Shown piece after piece: positions 24,205-31,540 of a DNA stretch of 40,000 bases. Source of the stretch: Desulfovibrio sp. OttesenSCG-928-I05 (GTDB lineage Bacteria; Desulfobacterota; Desulfovibrionia; Desulfovibrionales; Desulfovibrionaceae); assembly GCA_030266385.1 (NCBI GenBank), contig JAJDHY010000001.1:1-40000 (forward strand). The letters run 5' to 3'. Numbering within the stretch: the first letter of the stretch is position 1; each line of letters begins with the position of its first letter. The translations under genes and the position numbers were made by a program. A model generated the notes under the pieces. That model saw only the letters and a list, made by a program, of their open reading frames with translations, did no database searches and was not told where the DNA came from.

Positions 24205-24570
24205 TCAAGGAAGTTCGGTAAAATCGCCGTTTTGCAACATTGATTCAAGTTGCTGGTCTGTCAGGGAAAAAAGTATTTTCGCCAGTTTCTTCATTTCTCT
24301 TGTTTCGTCTTGGGCTATGTTGTCTCTGTCGGACTTGGCAAAGCCGTAGATAAAAAATGTTCGCTCCCCGGCCTTGAAACAGAGAATAACCCTGTATCCT
24401 CCCGATTGGCCTTCCCCCGGCCTTGCAATACGCTGCTTGAATACTCCTGCACCAAGGTCGGCGTCAAAATTGCCCGTTTCGATCTCTCTGACGGCTTCAT
24501 ACAGGGATCTATCCGGTATGCCTTCTTTACGAGTGAATCTGACAAACCATTTGTTTTTGAAAATCCGCAT
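24205..24570 (-). CDS. higB: RelE/HigB-family toxin
   Basis: 121 aa. KQRIARPGEGQSGGYRVILCFK...FFIYGFAKSDRDNI is typical of the RelE-like family that pairs with HTH antitoxins. The toxin-first gene order is the HigBA arrangement. Confidence 0.85.
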   Translation of the reverse strand: MRIFKNKWFVRFTRKEGIPDRSLYEAVREIETGNFDADLGAGVFKQRIARPGEGQSGGYRVILCFKAGERTFFIYGFAKSDRDNIAQDETREMKKLAKILFSLTDQQLESMLQNGDFTELP

Positions 24571-24608
24571 AGGCCCTCTTGCATTAGTTTGTCACACTAT
24601 GTATTACA

Positions 24609-24637
24609 CATATATGTCACACCTAGTGTGATGTCAA
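24609..24637 (-). promoter_or_regulatory. higBA promoter with an operator palindrome in the spacer
   Basis: Minus strand reads TTGACA - TCACACTAGGTGTGACA (17 nt, containing the palindrome TCACA..TGTGA) - TATATG. Confidence 0.55.
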
Positions 24638-24652
24638 TATGGATATGGTCAG

Positions 24653-26344
24653 CTATCTCGACAATTCTTTCTTTTTCCGCTGCGGGCTTGGCCGCTCGGC
24701 TTCCCGTTCCTGATCAAAAATCAAACGGCCCTTGTCGGCCTTCACCCGGTTGCCCCATTTCTTTTGCGCATACAGTTGAGCAATCTTCTGCGCGGCCTCG
24801 TCATTGCCGGAAGAATAAACCTCGTTGCCGGTATCAAGTATCCGGCCTCCGGTTGGCAGGATGAAAATGACGGCTCCCTTGTTGTCAACGCGCCGGGTTA
24901 TCCCGTCCAGGTATGGAACGGCGGAACCACGCAATTTTTCTTCCTGGGTCAACTCGTCCATGCGCAAAAAGGCTTGAAGCTGGCGTTTCCCTTTTCGTGT
25001 CAGCTCGTCGGATTCCACAATGCGGGCTTGCTGCTCGGCTGCTTCGGCTTTGAGGGCGGCAAGGGCGGCGTAGTCCGGGCGGGCCTTGACCTGGCGCTGT
25101 TCATCTATGGCTGGCGCGGCTTCCGGCACGACAGCCTTTTTGCGCGACCGAAGCACGGCAAGGGCTTTTTCGTCACCGTCTTCGGCCCTCTCGCGCAAAA
25201 AGTCATTCCATGAATACTTGGACGCCTTGGAATAAAGCGCGTCCTGCCCCTTCTGGTTTTCGGCCTTGGCGGCGGCAATCTCGGCGGCTTCCTTCTTCTT
25301 GGCTATCCGGATCAGGTTTTGCCGGTTGCGCTTGTGGATGGTCAGCTTGTCCAGTTCGGCCCGCTTCCTTGCCCATTTGGCCCTGATTTCCTCAATGGAC
25401 TGCCTTTGTTGCTGCTTGGCGATTTCGGCGGCTGCGGCCCTGGCTGCGGCTTCCTGCTCATATTCGGCCCAAAGAGCCTCTTGGGCCGGGGAACGCTGAA
25501 CAGGCTTGCCCCTGTAGCGGTTGACCTCCCGCGCATCGGCCTTTTCCGGGGCGGCATACGCTCCAAAGCGTTTTTCTAGGCTCTTTTTGGACAAACGCCG
25601 GTCAAGTTCACTGGCTTTCATGCCGTGCTTGCCGTGCATATTTTTTATGGCAAGGCCGTTGTTCTGCGGCTTTATGACAAGACCATATTTCGCAAACTCC
25701 TTGTGCAAGTCCTGCCAGCCCTCGGCAGCGTCAAGGGCTTGTGCGATTTGCTCCTTGTACTGCTTCGCATAGGTGTCGAAAGACTCTATGCCCTGCTGCA
25801 ACTCTACGGCCTTGGCCTTCGCGTTGCCCTTCGCCTGTCCTTTGCTCTCCATGCCGTTGTCAACGGTCAAGCCGTATTCCTTTTCAAGCTGACGACAAAG
25901 CCGGTCACGTTTCGTATGGTCGTGGGAATGGTAATTGCGGTTGTGGGTGACGGGATGAATCAAATTGTAGGCAATCTGCAAATGAAGATTTGCCGTGTCG
26001 TTATGAACGGCGCAATGCCTCTGATGCTCGGAAAGCCCCAACACTTCGGCAAAACGCTGTTCAATGTCTTTCAGAATTACCGGTGTCAATTTGGCTTCGT
26101 CCTCCGGTCTGAAACTGATCACAAGATGATAGGTCGGGTTTGCCTTACTGCGGGTATTGAGCGCCTGGGTGTCCGTGGCCTCCGCTATCCCTTCCAGGTA
26201 GTCGTCGCCGCCGATGCAACCGGCGCACCACGCCATAAGGGGGATTTCCTTCTCGTCGGCGTACTCGTCAAGCCGCGCAAGGTATTTCGCAAGCCTTCCG
26301 TAATTGTCATTCGCCGGTTCGATGGGGATATGTCGGCTTATCAT
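24653..26344 (-). CDS. traI: MOBP-family relaxase (RP4 TraI-like)
   Basis: N-terminus MISRHIPIE...LAKYLAR (catalytic Tyr region) and HNDTANLHLQIAYNLIHP (His motif), followed by a long coiled-coil C-terminus. Confidence 0.92.
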   Translation of the reverse strand: MISRHIPIEPANDNYGRLAKYLARLDEYADEKEIPLMAWCAGCIGGDDYLEGIAEATDTQALNTRSKANPTYHLVISFRPEDEAKLTPVILKDIEQRFAEVLGLSEHQRHCAVHNDTANLHLQIAYNLIHPVTHNRNYHSHDHTKRDRLCRQLEKEYGLTVDNGMESKGQAKGNAKAKAVELQQGIESFDTYAKQYKEQIAQALDAAEGWQDLHKEFAKYGLVIKPQNNGLAIKNMHGKHGMKASELDRRLSKKSLEKRFGAYAAPEKADAREVNRYRGKPVQRSPAQEALWAEYEQEAAARAAAAEIAKQQQRQSIEEIRAKWARKRAELDKLTIHKRNRQNLIRIAKKKEAAEIAAAKAENQKGQDALYSKASKYSWNDFLRERAEDGDEKALAVLRSRKKAVVPEAAPAIDEQRQVKARPDYAALAALKAEAAEQQARIVESDELTRKGKRQLQAFLRMDELTQEEKLRGSAVPYLDGITRRVDNKGAVIFILPTGGRILDTGNEVYSSGNDEAAQKIAQLYAQKKWGNRVKADKGRLIFDQEREAERPSPQRKKKELSR

Positions 26345-26348
26345 GCCC

Positions 26349-26675
26349 TTAGGTGCCTATTTTCTTGATTAAAGTTTGAATGTCCATGCGGCAGGAGTCC
26401 AGTTTGCGCAAAAGATGATTGACCTGATCCCTTGGCGCGGCCTCATGGGCAATAGCCTGTTTCAGCAAGCCGCCGATCTGGCCTATCGCGCCCTTGAGGG
26501 CGCGTAATTCCATGCGTTCCTTCTCAAATTCAAGGCTTTTTACTGGCTGGCCCATGCTGGTCAGGCGTAGGAATTTTGATAGGGATAAGCCCGCCCTGGC
26601 GGCGTTCGCCTTTACTTCCCGATATTCCTCTTCCGTCAGGTACGTTGAAACGTGCATTTTTTTGCTTGGCATTGC
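26349..26675 (-). CDS. mobC: MobC-family relaxosome accessory protein
   Basis: Start taken at MPSKKMHVSTYLTEEEY. RHH-like N-terminus and the motif LRALKGAIGQIGGLLKQ. Stop is 4 nt before the relaxase ATG. Confidence 0.8.
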   Translation of the reverse strand, partial: AMPSKKMHVSTYLTEEEYREVKANAARAGLSLSKFLRLTSMGQPVKSLEFEKERMELRALKGAIGQIGGLLKQAIAHEAAPRDQVNHLLRKLDSCRMDIQTLIKKIGT

Positions 26676-27177
26676 GTTGTCCTTCAAACCATGCTTTGAC
26701 TTTTTCCTTGTCTGCCGCCCGAAAAACTCGCCAAGCGTATGCGCGGCCCTTTTCATCGTCTGGCGAGTGGTATTTGCCCACGGCCTTCCAGGTCAGGCCG
26801 TGCCGGGAAATTTCCTCTGCCAGTACCCAGCGGCCCCATAGCTCGTTGTATTCGGGATCAAGCAAGTCTTCCGGGTCGATCCCGAACTGCCCGCACCACC
26901 AGTTGTTGACTTGCCAAAGCCCGACGTCGAAACTTCGTGCGTTGTCCGCCACGGCTCCGCGTAGCAGGATCAGGGCGTCCGCCCTGGTTGCGGGGAAGTA
27001 AGAAACGCCGTTGATATTCAGGGCGTTCGGGTTCAAACGGGATTCATGCTTGGTCAAGGCTTCTTCCAGCCATTCCGGCACTTGCCGGTGATGCTGCGCT
27101 TCCGGTGGATATGCCTTCGCTGCCGCCGTAAACGGCACGAGGCAAACAAGCGCGATAGCGAGAACGTATTTCCGCAT
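26530..27177 (-). CDS. Lytic transglycosylase (TrbN/VirB1-like)
   Basis: Signal peptide, catalytic ES motif (LTKHESRLNPNA), and FDVGLWQVN. The 3' end overlaps mobC out of frame. Confidence 0.85.
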   Translation of the reverse strand: MRKYVLAIALVCLVPFTAAAKAYPPEAQHHRQVPEWLEEALTKHESRLNPNALNINGVSYFPATRADALILLRGAVADNARSFDVGLWQVNNWWCGQFGIDPEDLLDPEYNELWGRWVLAEEISRHGLTWKAVGKYHSPDDEKGRAYAWRVFRAADKEKVKAWFEGQRNAKQKNARFNVPDGRGISGSKGERRQGGLIPIKIPTPDQHGPASKKP

Positions 27178-27253
27178 TTTTTGTCCTTCTTTCTTAGCGT
27201 TGAGCCGTCAGGCGAATAAGCAAACCCCGTAGGGCCGGTCGGGAATAGGTTGC

Positions 27254-27285
27254 GAAGTAAGCTACTTCCCATGTCCGGCCCTCTT
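27254..27285 (+). promoter_or_regulatory. Candidate oriT nick region (inverted repeat plus RP4-like nic sequence)
   Basis: GAAGTA agc TACTTC, then CCATGTCCGGCCC. By my recollection, RP4 has an inverted-repeat arm ending CTACTTCAC followed by CTATCCTG/CCC. Confidence 0.35.
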
Positions 27286-27340
27286 CTGGTTCTGCTGGAA
27301 ATTGCCGACAGTTGCCGAAAACCGGGTGAAAACCGGACGG

Positions 27341-27440
27341 GCATCTTTTGGCATCTGTGGGCATCTTCCTGCATCTTTCAGCCTCTTAGGGCATTTGCGG
27401 GCCGCTGCTGGCCTCTGTTGGCCTCTTCCGGCAATGCGAG
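27341..27440. repeat. Ten tandem, strictly phased 10-bp repeats (GCMTCTNNNG)
   Basis: GCATCTTTTG GCATCTGTGG GCATCTTCCT GCATCTTTCA GCCTCTTAGG GCATTTGCGG GCCGCTGCTG GCCTCTGTTG GCCTCTTCCG GCAATGCGAG. Confidence 0.9.
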
Positions 27441-27532
27441 GGCGCTTTTTTCGCTTCACAGTGATTTTTCTTCCTGGGTCTGTCTTCAAGGCGGGAAATT
27501 GAGAAAGTCTTTCCGCCGCAGAAGCGTTTGCA

Positions 27533-27793
27533 TCACTCAAAATCAAGGTCGGTGAACTGAAAACCGGCGACGCCGGTATGGCAGTATTCGCCCCTGTGGT
27601 TGCGGATAAACAGGTGCTCCGCTTCCAGATCGGCAAGGGATAGCTCCCAACGGAACAGGGAAGGAACGGACAACTTTCTGACCTGATATTTGTCCACGGT
27701 GCCGGTTTTCCGCTGCTTGCTCCGCGCCCATTCAAGACGCTTTTCCAATGGCGAACTGACAACGAAAGGACGTATTCTCCCGCTATTGCTCAT
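27533..27793 (-). CDS. Hypothetical protein (86 aa)
   Basis: ATG at 27793 overlaps the upstream gene's stop by 11 nt. No recognisable motif. Confidence 0.5.
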   Translation of the reverse strand: MSNSGRIRPFVVSSPLEKRLEWARSKQRKTGTVDKYQVRKLSVPSLFRWELSLADLEAEHLFIRNHRGEYCHTGVAGFQFTDLDFE

Positions 27794-28952
27794 GGCTGTT
27801 TGCCCCGCCTTCACCGTGCCCCCCCATTTGCGGGCCTGGCTCCTTTTCCCTGTCGGGCCAGATATGTTGCCGGAAGTGCTGTCTAAGTCGGACTGCTGCC
27901 GGAATGGCAATGCGGTTGTCAGGCCCAAGTATTTCTTGGCGGGCGTCAGGGGTCAGGCTGGCGATCCAGGCGTCCGCTTCGGCTTCACGGCGAGCCTCAT
28001 AGGCTTTCTTCTCCCGGCGCGTGGTCGCTTCGCGGTCACGCTCGGCCTGTTCTGCGGGGGATATGTAGGCTGCGGGGCGGGGGTAATATCCTTGTGTCGC
28101 AAGGATTTTGAATACCCAATTCAGCGGAGTTGAAACGGGTTCGCCCTTGTGGGTGGTCATGCACTCGCGGGCAAGCTCCCATTCCGCATAGGTCAAGCCC
28201 TGCATGATATGCTCAAGCGTTTCACCTACCTGGGCGCGGCGTTGCATGATTTGCCGAATCTGAACCGTGCCGAAACCGACGCGGGCCAGTTCGGGCCAGT
28301 GAAAGGCTATGTCCTCTTCGGAAAGGGATTCCAGAAGTGCGCTATACCTTTTTGAATTTTCAGAAGAGATAGAAAGAATATTTCTATCTATCTTTTCTCT
28401 TAGAATAGAGGGGGCAAAATCGGCGTCAGGGTGGACGCCGGGGTGGACGGCAGGGTGGACGGGTGCGCAAAGGCATGGCCCTGCCGCTCTGATGTGGGGG
28501 CAAAGCATTTCTTGAATGAGGGTGAAGGTAACGCCCTGGCTGGTGCCTACCTTGGCCTGTTTGCGGCGTAAATAGCCGCGATTCACAAGACGCTCGACAC
28601 TTCGGCGGACGGCTCCGGGGGATCGTATCATTGAGTACACTCGCTCCAATTCGGCGGACAGTTGCTTGTACGGGGTCACGGTTGGCCCGATGGCAAGCAA
28701 CAGCCCGATAATGTTGATTTGTGCGGCTGAAAGCCCTTTGCGGCATGAAATACGGTTGATGTCGTCGGGGATTTCAGGATGGACGCCGGGGTGGACGTCA
28801 GGGCGGACGGGGGGCAGGGTGGACGCCAGGGCGCACGTCAGGTCGCACGCTAGGGTGGACGGGTGGACGTCAGGCTGGACGCCAGAATGGACGCCAGGGT
28901 GGACGCCCGCATGAGAGCCGCCAGGGGCGGTAATCATGCTTGCCGCGCTCAC
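27783..28952 (-). CDS. Winged-helix DNA-binding protein, Rep-like, with VHPG-type repeats
   Basis: The GTG start overlaps the alpA stop (GTGA). MarR-like wHTH (YKQLSAELERVYSMIRSPGAVRRSVERLVNRGYL). Repeats V-H-P-G flank it. Confidence 0.7.
   Translation of the reverse strand: MSAASMITAPGGSHAGVHPGVHSGVQPDVHPSTLACDLTCALASTLPPVRPDVHPGVHPEIPDDINRISCRKGLSAAQINIIGLLLAIGPTVTPYKQLSAELERVYSMIRSPGAVRRSVERLVNRGYLRRKQAKVGTSQGVTFTLIQEMLCPHIRAAGPCLCAPVHPAVHPGVHPDADFAPSILREKIDRNILSISSENSKRYSALLESLSEEDIAFHWPELARVGFGTVQIRQIMQRRAQVGETLEHIMQGLTYAEWELARECMTTHKGEPVSTPLNWVFKILATQGYYPRPAAYISPAEQAERDREATTRREKKAYEARREAEADAWIASLTPDARQEILGPDNRIAIPAAVRLRQHFRQHIWPDREKEPGPQMGGHGEGGANSHEQ
28426..28466. repeat. 12-nt repeat cluster 1 inside the Rep-like CDS (3 units, GGTGGACG core)
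   Basis: GGTGGACG at 28430, 28442 and 28454. Confidence 0.85.
28776..28912. repeat. 12-nt repeat cluster 2 inside the Rep-like CDS (about 12 units)
   Basis: Minus-sense units are GTCCACCC and variants. The spacing is 12 nt except for one 8-nt and one 16-nt unit. Confidence 0.85.
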
Positions 28953-29161
28953 TTCCTGCCCATGCCAAGGGAGATTATGAGGGCGCGTATATCTTCAACG
29001 CGCCAGACGGTTATCTTCGGGCTGATTTTGATAGGCTGCGGAAACCTCTTTTCCTTAACTCCATCCCACCATGTAGACTTGCTGATGGGTATAAGTTCAA
29101 GAACTTGGGCAATGCGTAAAAAACCTGTCGGTGGCAATTTTTCCAATAAGTCATTGGACAT
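28949..29161 (-). CDS. alpA: AlpA-family excisionase/regulator
   Basis: MSNDLLEKLPPTGFLRIAQVLELIPISKSTWWDGVKEKRFPQPIKI..VWRVEDI is the classic AlpA pattern. SD AAGGAG. Confidence 0.85.
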   Translation of the reverse strand: MSNDLLEKLPPTGFLRIAQVLELIPISKSTWWDGVKEKRFPQPIKISPKITVWRVEDIRALIISLGMGRK

Positions 29162-29350
29162 GGTAGGCTCCTTCGGAAATGATTTCCCTAGAGCTACCAT
29201 GCGTTTCTGGAGAAACAGGGGCGAAACGGCAAAATGGGAGTTTTTACAAGGTCAGAGTATGTCGAGGTATGCAAAAATATTTTTGTTTTTGTATTGACAG
29301 GGTTTGCATGATTTTCTCACGGTATGGCAGGGTAAATTTTTCTGCGACGG

Positions 29351-29663
29351 GAAAAATGAACGGTCAGCATGGGTACACATTGATCGTTATTTTTCGTTGG
29401 TATGATTCACTATTGTGGGCTTACCCCGTTCTTTCCTGGGTACACTTGGGGCTATCCGGCCTTCTGTTCCTGGGTACACTTGGGTACACCCTGGTTCCGG
29501 CTTGAGGCGGCCTGACTGCTGCGGGCTTCGGAACCAAAAAAGAACGGTCAACGTGGGTACACATTAACCGTTCTTTTTTGTTGCTATTGCTAGGTTTTGT
29601 GAGACTTAGGCTTGCCTTCCTGGGTACGCTTTGGGCTATGCGGCCTTCGATGCCTGGGTACAC
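29351..29663 (+). repeat. Two tandem ~184-bp modules carrying seven TGGGTACAC sites
   Basis: TGGGTACRC at 29370, 29437, 29471, 29481, 29554, 29621 and 29655. Each module starts with an A-run/T-run-flanked hairpin that has the motif in its loop. Confidence 0.85.
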
Positions 29664-31006
29664 TCCGAGGTAAAGTCTGGCAGGGTCAAAGCCCTGATCT
29701 GCTCGGTTTGGTTTTCCCGGCTGGCGGTAGCCTTCAAATTGTCCAAATAATCCGCGTAATCTTGCATCATTTCAGTGCGAGAAGGCAAAAACTCAGCCTT
29801 GTCGTATGTCGCCTTTGCGGATTCTTTTTCAATCGTATGGGACATTTGCTTGTAGATTACGTCCGAACTGTACTCAAACTTTTCTTTGCAGTTGGTAACG
29901 AAGGCATGACGCCAGCCATGTCCGCACATTTCGCCCTTGTAGCCGATACGGGCAAATACCTTATTCATGGCCTCAATGGTGATATGGCCTGTCTGCGCAA
30001 GCTGCGAATGGAAAATATACTTATTCCCGCCAGTGTAACCGTGCAGTTCTTTCAAAAGGCTGACGGCTTGCTTTGAAAGCGGCACGATGAAGTCTTTCCC
30101 GTTCTTCATCCTCTCGCCGGGGATTAGCCATTGGCTTGCGGCCCAATCTATTTCGCTCCATTCACCCTCTACCATGTGAGAGGGGCGCAAAAAAACGTAA
30201 GGCAAAATTTTGGCTGCATAGCAGACTTCAATGCTTCTGCGGCTCTTGGGTTTATCCACTGAACCTTGGGCGTATTGGTCAATATGCAGTAAAAGATGCC
30301 CGATTTTTTCGGGATCGGTAATGCTCGGAAGGCTGTTGTTCTTGGAAGGCTTGGTGAAATTCAAGCCCTTCCAGATCGCATAGGCCGGGTTATGTTCGCA
30401 CTTACCCAAAGCAACGCCAAAGTTGAAAATGCTGACTGTCTTTTCGGCAACCTTCTTTAAGGTCGTGTATTTGCCCGCGTCTTCAAGCCCTTGAAACAAA
30501 GGGCGTATATGCTCCTGCGCCTTCACGTCCTTGATAAGAAGGTGCCCTAACGGCTGGATCAGGTGTTTCCTGATCCGCTTGGCTTCGGCAATAAACGTCT
30601 TCTTTTTCCACTTTTTTTGCACGTCGGAAAGCCAATCTTCGGCTATGGCCCCCAGGCTGTCCGGGTGGCTCTCGCCCCTGGCGATACGCCTTTCTTCGGT
30701 GAAAACGGCAAGCTGTTCTTCGTGCTTGGCCTTTCGTGCCTTGGCGGGGTTTTCACCTCTGTCTAGCTGCTGCCGCAACTCAAAGTTGGCTTCCCGCGCT
30801 TCTTTCAGGCTCATAAATGGAAAATTGCCAAGAGTCAGGTTTTGTTCCTTCCCCATATAAAAGTATCGTGCCCGCCAGATTTTATTTTGGCTGGTGACGA
30901 AAAGCATAAGCCCATTGCCGTCGGACAGTTTGACAGGGGTTAGTTTGCCGGTTTTTGTGTTCAGTTTGGGCTTTGCCGCCTCAATTCCTTTGATAGTCAA
31001 CGCCAT
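29636..31006 (-). CDS. int: Tyrosine integrase, P4-like (N-terminal arm-binding domain)
   Basis: 456 aa. N-terminus MALTIKGIEAAKP...LSDGNGLMLFV. C-terminal catalytic HGWRHAF and a downstream Tyr. Adjacent to the tRNA. Confidence 0.95.
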   Translation of the reverse strand: MALTIKGIEAAKPKLNTKTGKLTPVKLSDGNGLMLFVTSQNKIWRARYFYMGKEQNLTLGNFPFMSLKEAREANFELRQQLDRGENPAKARKAKHEEQLAVFTEERRIARGESHPDSLGAIAEDWLSDVQKKWKKKTFIAEAKRIRKHLIQPLGHLLIKDVKAQEHIRPLFQGLEDAGKYTTLKKVAEKTVSIFNFGVALGKCEHNPAYAIWKGLNFTKPSKNNSLPSITDPEKIGHLLLHIDQYAQGSVDKPKSRRSIEVCYAAKILPYVFLRPSHMVEGEWSEIDWAASQWLIPGERMKNGKDFIVPLSKQAVSLLKELHGYTGGNKYIFHSQLAQTGHITIEAMNKVFARIGYKGEMCGHGWRHAFVTNCKEKFEYSSDVIYKQMSHTIEKESAKATYDKAEFLPSRTEMMQDYADYLDNLKATASRENQTEQIRALTLPDFTSECTQASKAA

Positions 31007-31028
31007 TTCCGATGTCCTCCCGCAAAGC

Positions 31029-31088
31029 TGGGTAGAGTTAAAAAATCCGAACGGTCATTTGCCAACTATACCCAGGATTGTACCCAGG
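31029..31088. promoter_or_regulatory. Integrase-motif sites between int and the att core
   Basis: TGGGTAGAG (31029, + orientation). CCTGGGTATA and CCTGGGTAC in inverted orientation (31067-31076 and 31080-31088). A third GAACGGTCA at 31049. Confidence 0.45.
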
Positions 31089-31126
31089 CAAGCGGGGGAT
31101 TTATTCGGATTACATCGGATAGCATC

Positions 31127-31171
31127 AGACAAAAGAAAGCCGGGAAGCCTTCTATAACAAGACTTCCCGGC
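31127..31171 (-). terminator. Rho-independent terminator for tRNA-Asp, supplied by the ICE side
   Basis: Minus strand reads GCCGGGAAG - 15-nt loop - CTTCCCGGC, then TTTCTTTTG. Confidence 0.5.
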
Positions 31172-31199
31172 ATACCAGGGCGTACCCTGACTTGAAAAC

Positions 31200-31206
<7 letters not shown>
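31171..31206. repeat. attR-type direct repeat (tRNA-proximal ICE end)
   Basis: CATACC agg GCGTACCCTGACTT gaaaac TGGCGGA. The TGGCGGA is the complement of the tRNA 3' end TCCGCCA. Confidence 0.7.
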
Positions 31207-31276
<70 letters not shown>

Positions 31277-31310
31277 AGGTAGTGCGGTGGGTCACCCCAA
31301 CCGAGATGGG

Positions 31311-31339
31311 AATATGCCCTGAACCCCCTCGATTGTCAA
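31311..31339 (-). promoter_or_regulatory. Sigma70-like promoter for tRNA-Asp
   Basis: Minus strand reads TTGACA - 17 nt - CATATT, about 35 nt upstream of the tRNA 5' end. Confidence 0.45.
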
Positions 31340-31540
31340 TACATTTTCTTTTTTTTCATGAAAAAAAATTTACTTCTATAACCATGTGTAATATATGTAT
31401 TTTTTAAATAAAATATGAACAGCTGTACCTTGATCTGAGAAACTAGCGGACAATACTGCACATCCCTTCACGGTTGAACACGCCGAACATCGTCGAAATG
31501 CCGGGTCCATCCGTTGCCGGTTCCACGCGCTGGCCCCTGC

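Larger units (their letters stand above)
3543..31193. mobile_element. Integrative conjugative element, about 27.65 kb, MPF-T (Trb) / MOBP type, inserted next to tRNA-Asp
   Basis: Bounded by the identical 14-mer GCGTACCCTGACTT at 3543-3556 and 31180-31193. It contains the integrase, Xis, relaxase, coupling protein and a full Trb set. Composition changes abruptly at the left end. Confidence 0.8.

Noticed and set aside
27341-28912. The 10-bp and 12-nt repeat arrays considered as a CRISPR array
   Set aside because: The units are contiguous with no unique spacers and are far too short. One array lies inside a CDS. There are no cas genes.
31351-31370. Perfect palindrome TTTTTTTTCATGAAAAAAAA upstream of the tRNA promoter
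   Set aside because: It is a homopolymer-based palindrome in an AT-rich intergenic spacer, it would form a very weak structure, and no function can be inferred.
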